This document shows, one piece after another, positions 13,559 to 22,836 of a DNA stretch of 33,125 nucleotides. The first letter of the stretch is position 1; each line of letters starts with the position of its first letter. The notes below the pieces were generated by a model, which was given only the letters and a program-made list of their open reading frames with translations, ran no database searches and was not told the origin of the DNA. Source of the DNA: Chiloscyllium plagiosum (taxonomy: Eukaryota); the NCBI RefSeq assembly GCF_004010195.1, contig NW_025215049.1, positions 8,204 to 41,328 of the forward strand, in the 5' to 3' direction. The position numbers and the translations under genes were made by a program.

Positions 13559-13787
13559 ACATGGGAGGCTACTTGCGATGAAACTGGAGTCATCAATCAA
13601 TAAACTATTATCAAGAAGCAATGCCAGATGAAAGATTACTGAGAGATTGTATTTTTTTCCCCATTTGCCAAACAAGATTCTTGTTGAAAGTTTTTTGCAT
13701 GAACATTAGCAGCTTTCTGATTCTTCACCCTGGAGAGCATTCTAAAATTTGGAGGGTTGGACCTGTTGATTGTGAAGGACATCATAG

Positions 13788-14405
13788 CAGTGTGAAGTAA
13801 TGCATTTTGGAAAGAGGAATAAGGAAGAGCAAACTAAATGTTCCAGTTCTGATCATCGGTTAATGGCTTGAAATATTAACTCTGTTTCAATCTTCATAGA
13901 TACTGCCAGATCTGCTGAATATTTCCAGTATTTTTGTTTTTATTTTAGAACATTCAAAGGTGATGCAAGATCAATGAGATCTGTTGGTCTACATGAGTAA
14001 TTCTTTGAAGGAAGCTGACAGTGTGAATACTGCTAAACAAATATGTCCTCCCTTGACTTTATATATCAGGATATGGAATATAAGAGCAGGGAAGTTGTGC
14101 TGAAACTTTATAAATCATTGAATGAGCACTCGTAAAAGGAGAATTCGAGGACAGAGATTTAAAATAATATTACAAGAAGCAAGGCAGAAGTGAGAAGAAG
14201 CTTTTTCACTTGGCAAATAGGGTATGGAATGCAGTGTGTGGAAATGTGATGGAAGTTTCATTCACTGAAGAGGACATTGAATGATGATTTGTACAGAAAT
14301 AATTGTAAGGATATGGAATAAAGGCAGGATATTGGTACTGGGTGCTCGTATGAAGAGCTGGTGTCAGCTGATGGGTTAAATGACGTCTTTGGCATAACAA
14401 TTCTA
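13788..14405 (+). mobile_element. Old, highly decayed CR1-type LINE 3' fragment
   Basis: CAGTGTGAAGTAATGCATTTTGGAAAGAGG (CEVMHFG motif), GAATATAAGAGCAGGGAAGTTGTGCTGAAACTTTATAAATCATTG and GGTATGGAATGC resemble the CR1 ORF2 C-terminus seen elsewhere in the window. Confidence 0.7.
13845..13948 (+). mobile_element. Short PLE-terminus-derived non-autonomous repeat, decayed
   Basis: CTGATCA...GAAATATTAACTCTG...AGATACTGCCAGATCTGCTGAATATTTCCAG resembles the PLE end at 16205-16306. Confidence 0.55.
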
Positions 14406-14439
14406 ATTAAGTTGAGATATTGTCTAATTTTGTTATCCA

Positions 14440-14773
14440 NNNNNNNNNNNNNNNNNNNNNNNNNNNNNNNNNNNNNNNNNNNNNNNNNNNNNNNNNNNNN
14501 NNNNNNNNNNNNNNNNNNNNNNNNNNNNNNNNNNNNNNNNNNNNNNNNNNNNNNNNNNNNNNNNNNNNNNNNNNNNNNNNNNNNNNNNNNNNNNNNNNNN
14601 NNNNNNNNNNNNNNNNNNNNNNNNNNNNNNNNNNNNNNNNNNNNNNNNNNNNNNNNNNNNNNNNNNNNNNNNNNNNNNNNNNNNNNNNNNNNNNNNNNNN
14701 NNNNNNNNNNNNNNNNNNNNNNNNNNNNNNNNNNNNNNNNNNNNNNNNNNNNNNNNNNNNNNNNNNNNNNNNN
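14440..14773. other. Assembly gap / masked run of N
   Basis: Run of N. Confidence 1.
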
Positions 14774-15213
14774 CAGCTGCAGCATGACCTTGTGGCTCCG
14801 AAACTCAATCCCTCTACCAATAAAAGCTAACACACTGTGTGCCTTCTTAACAACCGTGTCAACCTGGGTGGCAACTTTCAGGAATCTATGTACATGGACA
14901 CAGAGATCTCTCTGCTTATCTGCACCGCCAAGATTCTTACCATTAGCCCAGTACTCTTTATTCCTATTGCTCTTTCCAAAGTGAATCACTTCACACTTTT
15001 CCACATTAAACTCCATTTGCCATCTCTCAGCCCAGCTCTGCAGCTTATCTATGCCCCTCTGTAACTTGCAACATCCTTCAGCACTATCTACAACTCCACC
15101 GACCTTAGTGTCATCTGCAAATTTACCAACTCAACCTTCTGCATCCTCATCCAGGTCATTTATAAAAATGAGAAACAGCAGTGGACCCAAAACAGTTTCA
15201 TGTGGTACACCAC
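14774..15213 (-). mobile_element. CR1/HER1 LINE ORF2 (RT) fragment
   Basis: Minus strand encodes GVPHETVLGPLL...FADD...MEFNVEKCEVIHFG...QRDLCVHVHRFLKVATQVD, near-identical in type to 31575-31870. Confidence 0.92.
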
Positions 15214-15214
15214 A

Positions 15215-16306
15215 AGCATCTGCTTCCATGAGGACCAATTATACCATAGAATATCCCAGATGGCCTCCTTCTTCAAAGTCTACAATTTCCCCTCACACGT
15301 GGTCAATGATGCCCTCCAGCGCATCCCTTCCACTTCTTGCACCTCCGCCGTTGAACCCCACCCCTCCAATTGCAACATCACCTTCCACCCCAGCAACCTC
15401 CAGATACAGTGCATCATCCTTCGCCATGTCCACCACCTACAAACAGACCCCACCACCAGGGAGATATATCCCTCCACACTCCTATCTACATTTCGTAGAG
15501 ACCATTCCCTCTGCAACTCCCTTGTTAGGTCTATACTCCCCACAAACCCACCCTTCACTCCTGGCACCTCCCCCTGCCACCACAAGAAGTGCAAAACCTG
15601 CAACCACAACATTTCCCATTCCCCCTCACCTCTGTTAAGGCCCCAAATGATTCTTCCATATCCAACAGAGATTTAGCTGTATTTCCACACACACCATCTA
15701 CTGTGTCCGTTGCTCTCGATGTGGTCTCCTTTCCATTGGGGAGACAGTTCACCAACTTGTGGAACGTTTCAGAGAACATCTCTGGGACACAGGCACTAAA
15801 CAGCCCCACCACCCTATGGCTGAACACTTTAACTCCTCCTCCCCGTCGGCCAAGGACATGCATGTCCTGGGCCTTCTCCATCGCCAAACCCTAACCACCC
15901 GACATCTGGAGGAAGAATGCCTCATATTCCGCCTTGGGACCCTCCAGCCAGACAGGATTAACGTGGATTTCACCAGTTTTCTCAGTTCCCCTCCCCCCAT
16001 CTTATCGCAGATCCAACCTTCCAACTCAGCACTGCCCTCTTGAACTGTCTTACCTGTCCATCTTCCTTCCCACCCATCCACTCCACCCTTTGCTCTGACC
16101 TATCCCCTTCACCCCCACCCTCATCTACCTCTCGCATTCCCAGCTATCTTCCCCCAGCCCCACCTCCTCCCATTTATCTCTCAGCCCCCTTGGACCACCA
16201 CCTTATTTCTGCTGAAGAGCTTATATTCAAAACATCGACTCTCCTGCTCCACAGATGCTGCCTGATCGGGTGTGCTTATCCAGCAACATACTCTTCACCA
16301 GCATCT
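15215..16306 (+). mobile_element. Penelope-like element (Neptune-type) 3' part, 5'-truncated and frameshifted
   Basis: RT thumb/linker (MASFFK..NFP..VV..AL.RI), PGTSPCHHKKCKTC Cys motif, IYCVRCSRCGLLSIGET GIY-YIG-like motif, ERFREH...AEHFN...EEECLIFRLGTLQPDRINVDF, pyrimidine-rich 3' region, decayed hammerhead (16205-16240), terminus CCAGCATCT. Confidence 0.9.
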
Positions 16307-18076
16307 ACCCAACAATATGGAAAATTGCCCAGGTATAACGTGAACACAAAAGTAGGATAAATCCAAAGTCTGCTTTGATAATCGGTAAAGTGATAGACGG
16401 TGTCATTAAAAGTGCTATCTAGCAGCACCTGCTCAGCAATAACCTTTTCATTGACATCCAGTTTGCGTTCCACCAACACCACTCAACTCTTAACCACATT
16501 ACAGCCTTTGTTCCAACATGAACAAAAGAGCAGAATTCCAATGATGAGGTAAGAGTGACAGTCCTTTAAATCAAGGCCCCATTCGATCCTGTATGGCATT
16601 AAGGAATCCTAACAAAACTGGAGTTAATGGTTATTGGGGGGCAAACTCCCTACACGCTGCAGTCATACCTGGCACATTGGATTATGTTTGTGTTTGTTGG
16701 AGGTTAGTCATCTCAGCTCTGCAGGAGTTCCCCAGGGTAGTGTCCAAAGCCCAATTATCTTCAGCTGTTTCATCAATGACTTTCCATCCATGATAAGGTC
16801 AGAAGTGGGGATGTTCACTGACGACTTCACAATGTTAAGTACCATTCACGACTCCTCAGATACTGAAGCAGCCTATGTTCAAATGCAAGAAGGTCTGGAC
16901 AATATCCCGGCTTGGACTGACAAGTGGCAAGTAATAATTGCACTACACAAATGCCAGGCAATGACGTCTCCAATAAGAGATAATCAGAGCGTCATAACAT
17001 TCAAAGATGTGACCATCACTGAATCTCCCACTATCAACATCCTGAGGGCTGATCTCTAACCAGAAACTGAATGGACTTGCCACATAAACATAGTGGCTGC
17101 AAGATCAAATCAGAGGCTAGGAATACTGTGGTGAGTAACTCACTGCCTGGCTCCCCAAAGCCTGGCCACCATTAATAAGGCCCAAGTCAGGAGTATTATG
17201 AAATACTACTCAATACTCTAACCAATAAAGGAAAGCATACCAAACACATTCTTCACTATCCTATCTCCCTGCAGCTCTACTTTCAAGGAGCTATGAACCT
17301 ACACTCCAAGGTCTCTTTGTTCAGCAACATTCCCTATCCCTGGAGGGTCGGAGGCTGAGGGGTGAGCTTATAGAGGTCTATAAAATCGTGAAGGACATGG
17401 ATAGGATAAATATACAAAGTATCTTCCCTGGGGTGATGAGTCCAGAACTCAAGGGCATAGGTTTAGGCTGTGAGGGGAGAGATACGAAAGAGACCTAAGG
17501 GGCAACGTTTTCATGCAGAGGGTGGTACATGTATGGAATGAGGAAGTGGTGGAGACTAGTACAATTGCAACATTTAGCAACATTTAAAAGGCATTCGGTT
17601 GGGTATAGGAATAGGAAGGGTTTGGAGGGATATGGGCCAGGGGCTGGCAGGTGAGACTAGATTGGGTTGGGATATCTGGTCGGCATGGACGAGTTGAACC
17701 AAAGGGTCTGTTTCCATGCTGTACATCTCTACGACTCTTTGACTCCCCCATACCTGGATCGCTGCAGCTCCAAAAACACTCAAAATGCTTGACACCATTC
17801 AGGATAAAGCAACCCACTTGATTGGCACCATATCCACTTCATCCACCATTGACATTCAATAGCAATAGTGTGCACTATCTACAAGATGCACTGCAAAATT
17901 TCACCAAAAATCCTTCAACAGCACTTTGCAAATCCATGACCTTCCATCGAGAAGGACAAGTGCAGCAGATATATGGGAACACCACCATCTGCAAGTTCAA
18001 CCCCAAGTCACTCATCATCCTGACTTGGAACCATGTCGCTGTTCCTTCAGTCTTGCTGGGTCAAAATCCTGGAATT
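16307..18076 (+). mobile_element. CR1-group (APE-type) LINE RT fragment, decayed, interrupted at 17207-17745
   Basis: WKIAQV, GVPQGSVQSPIIFSCFIND and GMFTDD (RT motifs B and C), WTDKWQV; sequence resumes after the insert. Confidence 0.85.
17207..17745 (+). mobile_element. CR1/HER1 3' fragment with inverted 5' segment (17207-~17335 minus, ~17336-17745 plus)
   Basis: The left part is the reverse complement of CR1 ORF2 sequence seen at 27925-28075. The right part is the CR1 3' end, with GGGTCTGTTTCCATGCTGTACATCTCTACGACTCT. Confidence 0.85.
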
Positions 18077-18150
18077 TTATTAGCTGTCAGTTTTGTTGAG
18101 TTTGTCTTGGAGGGACTTTTGCTGTAAGGTCTAGTGGGCATCATCTTTGG

Positions 18151-18249
18151 AAAGTTGAAACTTTATTGCTGGAACAGCACAGCAGGTCAGGCAGCATCCA
18201 GGGAACAGGAGATTCGACATTTCGGGCACAGGCCCTTCTTCAGGAATGA
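18151..18249 (-). mobile_element. Penelope-like element terminal fragment
   Basis: Reverse complement TCATTCCTGAAGAAGGGCCTGTGCCCGAAATGTCGAATCTCC...TGTTCCAGCAATAAAGTTTCAACTTT. It shares TGTTCCAGCAATAAAGTTTCAACTTT with 19614-19639. Flanked by CTTTGGAAAG repeats. Confidence 0.85.
18212..18247 (-). ncRNA. Minimal type I hammerhead ribozyme (PLE-associated)
   Basis: ATTC-CTGAAGA-A-GGGC-CTGT-GCCC-GAAA-TG-TC-GAAT: intact CUGANGA and GAAA cores, stem I ATTC/GAAT, stem II GGGC/GCCC, UC cleavage site, vestigial stem III. Confidence 0.8.
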
Positions 18250-18551
18250 CTTTGGAAAGCCATCTTTGGAAAGCCATTCTGCACCCATGAAAGCACTATC
18301 AGTCTGGATCTGCAGATGGGAAAATTGCTGCATACTTTGCCAGCAGGAGGCTGAATGTCTTGCTGTATGTGGTGGTGCAGTTGAGCAATGTCCTATTTTC
18401 CAGTATCAGTAGCAGAAGTGAGCATGTTGTTATGAAGTTGAAGGCATGTACTGCACTTTTAAGAGAGAGTGGAAGCTGGCAAGCACCTGTCATGTGATTG
18501 ACTTGCAGGCACAGAGTGTACTGGAGAAGTAAAAGATGTCACCTTAGTCAC

Positions 18552-18709
18552 GGGGGGATGTGACTACAGATTGATTGTTAGGTTGGTCTCCCAACTGTGC
18601 CTGTATAGTCACCTTTGCAATTGTTCTTACGTATTTTTACCGGGTGCAAAGTTGGTCGAACCTCCACGTGGCTCCCCCGAAAACGGCCTGAAAGAGGAAG
18701 CTCGATAAC
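18552..18709 (+). ncRNA. Candidate HDV-like self-cleaving ribozyme at R2 5' end (degenerate)
   Basis: P1 GGGGGA(18553-58)/TCCCCC(18673-78); P2 GTTGGTCGA(18651-59)/TCGATAAC(18702-09); P3-L3 ACC-TCCACGT-GGC; P4 CCT-GAAAG-AGG; two hairpins in J1/2. The catalytic C in J4/2 is not obvious. Confidence 0.65.
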
Positions 18710-18876
18710 GGAGGAGTGATTTTAGCTTGCTTGAGGTGGTTTTACTGGCGTGGGTTTTAATCATTGGTTTTATTGTTGATATTATCTTTGGCTTTATCCG
18801 GTGCTGTGTGGCCACTGCCGGTTTTAATTTACTTTTTCCGTTGCAAGAGCATTACTCTTATAAGGTCGGCTAATAA

Positions 18877-21800
18877 GACCAGAGCAAGAATACGAGACAG
18901 CTGGTGACCTTTCGGTCAATTTTAGAAAACCCTATTGGCAGATTGGCGATTATATTGAGCTCCAAAATATCCAGTTGGGTGGGAGACCGGGAAAATAACT
19001 GCCCCGCATGGTTGCTATTGGCAGCACCGTGCACCAAATATATTAGCCAAATAAGGACTCGGCCATCCGTTTCCACACAAACGGAAGAGACCCTCACGAT
19101 TATCCCGACAAGGTTACCCTCAGGTAGGCATGAGGGGACCACTTATAAGATCGGGACACGACTGAATCAAGTTGAAGGATCCGAAGAGAAGGCCCTGTCG
19201 AATCTTGTCCGCTCGATACCCGGATGAGTTTTAACTCGAATTTTAAAGGGCCATTTGATTTTAGTCGTAATAGAGAGTCAGAGAGAGAGAAGTGAGAGTA
19301 GGATTATTCCTCCGATTGTTACAGAGAAAGATAAAATAGAGATAATAATAAAGTACCCAATAGATAATTTTATATGTAAATTTTGTTATAACATTTATAA
19401 TAAGACAGGGCAGTTTAGAAAACATCTAAACCAGTGTAAAGGGATAAAATCAGTAAGAGTAAAGTGTAGCAAATGCGGCTGGGACGGTAGTTACCACTCA
19501 GTCGCGTGTCACTATCCTAAATGCAATAGTAATGAAAGAAATAATGAAGTAGATAAATTGTTGCAGTGCGAAATTTGCCCACTCAGGTATACAACAGCCA
19601 CAGGTTTGGGACATGTTCCAGCAATAAAGTTTCAACTTTGATCTCCAGCATCTGCAGACCTCACTTTCTCCACTCAGGTTTACAACAGCCACAGGTTTGG
19701 GACAGCACGAGAGGCACGTGCACCCAAATTTAAGGAATATTAAAAGAAATAAAGATAAAAAAGATAGCTTGGAAAAGGTAGAAAAAGGTAGAAGAGGAGT
19801 CTGGTCCAACTCCGAAATAGAAATGTTAAAACTGTTAGAACAGGAACTTATAGGCTGTAAAAATATTAATAAACTTATCGCAGAAAAATGAAAAACTAAA
19901 ACACCAAAGCAAATCTCTGATAAAAGAAGATTATTCATAAAACAAAACAGGACCAGCAATAAAGAAGTGGGCATTAGTCAAGAAGTAGTCCCCATTAATG
20001 ATAATAGAAATGAGAAGATTAGTGACATTGATTTAGATACTCCAACGGAAGGTGTAGTAATAGAAGGGAATAGTCAGCAAGAAAATATTAATATTAATGG
20101 GAGTTCAGAATCGATAAATAGGCCACTAATAGAATTACTAGACATGATGGAGGACAAAATAAGTAAAAGCAACGTAAAACAATAAATGACTATGATAGCA
20201 TTATGAACTTGGTCATTGGTAAGTTAGGAAGTAATAATGATAGTAATAAATTGGATAAAAAGAAATGTAAAAAGGATCTCACTCCTAAGCATAAGGATAT
20301 TAGACAAAGATATAATACGAGATTTAAAAATGCTAAGAGAAGATATAATAAGAAAAAGGGAAAATTTAAAGAGATACAGGTTTTATATAAAAATGAAAGA
20401 CGGTACCTAGCAAGATCTATGATGGGAGCTCCATCCAAGTTATGTGTCCACTCAGCAAGGAGGAGTTGGAAGAATATTTTAGAAACAGGTTGTCTACTCC
20501 TAATGATAAAAGTAATTTAAGAGGCTTTGCCAAATATAAAGGTCAAATTGAGGGGTCCCTATGTGACATGCTGACCGGGCCCATTGCGGTGGAAGACGTC
20601 AATCAGGCCTTAAAGGCGATGGATGTTAAAACCACGGCGGGACTGGATCAGATGACACTTAGAGACATAATTAGAATATTTAATAAAGATAATACAGTAA
20701 TCCCTAGAGTTTATAGTATTTGGCTTAAGATAGGCAGTATCCCAGATGTGTTAAAGATAAGCAGAACAGTATTAATCTCTAAAGTCAATGATGAGGTCAG
20801 TTTAAAAGATATTAATAATTGGAGACCCATCTCAACAGGCCCAATTTTAAAGAGACTTTTCACAAAAATTATTGCAAATAGGTTAAGTAAGGTAATAAAT
20901 CTAAATAAACAGCAAAAAGGTTTTTTGGCAGGAGTGGCTGGTTCTGAAGAGAACATCAAAATACTTGAGAACATTATTAATAGAGCTAAGAAAAAGAAAA
21001 TTGACTTAGCTGTGGAATTTGTCGACCTGGCTAAAGCCTTTGATACCGTGGGGCACAAATTGATAATTAATGCCCTCAAAAGAATTCAACTTCTCCCAGT
21101 TTTTATTAAATTAATTATAAGTTTATACAACAATCATTTTACAAGGATTGAAGGTTTTAATTGTAAACAAGTTTGATCAAAATTTTAAAAGGCTTTAAAC
21201 AGGGTGACTCTTTGTCACCAATTCTTTTTAATATAGTTATGGACCCCCTCATAAACACAATTGAAGAGGGTAAAAAAGGAATACTTTTAGGTCAGGATAA
21301 GCACAGTCACCATGGTGCAACCCTAGCTTTTGTTGATGACATAGCATTGATCAGCCAATCCTATGAAGGAATGGCATACAATTTAAAACTCATAGAAAGA
21401 TTTCGCAATAATACTGGTATGGAGGTTAACGTGAGAAAAACAAAAGGATTTTACTTTGCTAATAAAAATAAAATATTTATTTATAATAATAGGGCCAATT
21501 GGAAATTTAATGAGGGAGACATACAGTTTATAGATCCAGGAAGCACCGATAAATATCTAGGTGCAAAAATTGATCCATGGATTGGGGTTAGTCAATCGCA
21601 TTGGGAGGACCAGCAAGGAAACTGGATAGATAATCTTTAAAAAATCTCTTTTAAAACCCGTACAAAAATTGGAACTCTTAAAAGTATATTTTATCCCTAG
21701 GCTTTATTATTATTTAGTTTTATCAGAGGCATCACAAAATTATCTAAATAGTCTTGATAATATAATTAAAAGTGTGGTCAAATAATTATTACATCTCCCG

Positions 21801-22836
21801 CAATCTATCGCAGATGGGTTTTTATATACTAGGACTGGCGATGGTGGCCTTGCGCTGAATAAATTATCAACATTTATTCCAATTGCCATTTTAAGAAAAT
21901 ATGAAATGTTATACAGATCCGCGGATCAAATTTTACATGCTTCATTTTCATTCGAGGGTACTAGTATAACGACAAAAATGCAAAAATGTAGTAAATTGAA
22001 TGCGTTAAAGAAAATCTGGAATCCAAATATAAACGGGCAATTGGAAGAAATGCTTAATACTGATGAGGAGAACAATGGTATTGAAGAATTTAGTAACAAA
22101 AATTATACCAACTGGAGGAATATAGAACTACAGAAATGGATGGCCTTGCCCTGTCAAGGAGCAGGCATTCATTACTTCAAGAACGATAGTATCTCCAATA
22201 ATTGGTTGACAAAGATTCAACATATGAAGACGTCCAAAGTAATAAATTCGATTTTATTACAAACAAATTTATATCCAACAAGGGCGTCGCTAACCTATGG
22301 AAGGCCATTTAACATCAAAAATTGTCGGCGATGTAATGAGACTTCAGAAACGATCGTGCATATTTCGGGATGGTGTCCCTATGTAAAAAATATGAGGATC
22401 AAGAGACACAATAGAATAGCAGAAGAATTACTCAAGTTTATTAAGATAAAAGGATGGATAACCTACGTGGAACCACGCATTAAAGATAAAACCGGGAAAT
22501 TATGGATCCCAGATCTAATCTTTAAAAAGGAAAATTGCGTATTAGTGGTAGATGTGACAATCAGAATGGACACTCAAACCTAACTCACTTGATCAGGCTT
22601 GGGAGGAAAAGAAAGACAAATATAAACATCTAGAGAGCGAAATTATGGCTCTCACAAAAGCAACAATAGTATCCTTTTATGGATTCGTGATGGGATTCCG
22701 ACGAAAATGCTTTGAGAAGAACAATGAGTTAATGAAAGACCTCGGGATCGAGAAATATAAGACCTTTGTCCAAAACATCACGAATCTTGTTTTATCTTTG
22801 ACTCTTGAGCTTTTAAGGATTTTTATGGACTCTTAG
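18877..22836 (+). pseudogene. R2 polyprotein pseudogene (3x zinc finger, Myb, reverse transcriptase, CCHC knuckle, restriction-like endonuclease)
   Basis: CKFC..FRKHLNQC; CSKC..HSVACHYPKC; CEIC..TATGLGQHERHVHP; WSNSE...KNINKLIAEK*KTKTPKQISDKRR (Myb); WRPIS, QKGF, DLAKAFDTV, GFKQGDSLSPILFN, LAFVDD, KYLG (RT); CRRC..ETIVHISGWC, RHN, EP, PDL..VDVT, KDKY (RLE). About five frameshifts, in-frame stops at 19225 and 19889, and a 91-bp insertion. Confidence 0.93.
19614..19669 (+). mobile_element. 56-bp Penelope-like terminal fragment with 35-bp flanking duplication, inside R2 ZnF3
   Basis: Insert TGTTCCAGCAATAAAGTTTCAACTTTGATCTCCAGCATCTGCAGACCTCACTTTCT lies between copies of CCACTCAGGTWTACAACAGCCACAGGTTTGGGACA (19579-19613, 19670-19704). 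Confidence 0.9.

Noticed and set aside
14258..15016. Long ORFs spanning N-runs (also 30089-30506 and 31054-32032)
   Set aside because: Length is an artefact of translating N as X.
18278..18427. Possible host exon (also 13565-13790, 25660-26095, 28470-28700)
   Set aside because: No recognisable protein motif or convincing splice-bounded frame; cannot be supported without homology or RNA-seq.
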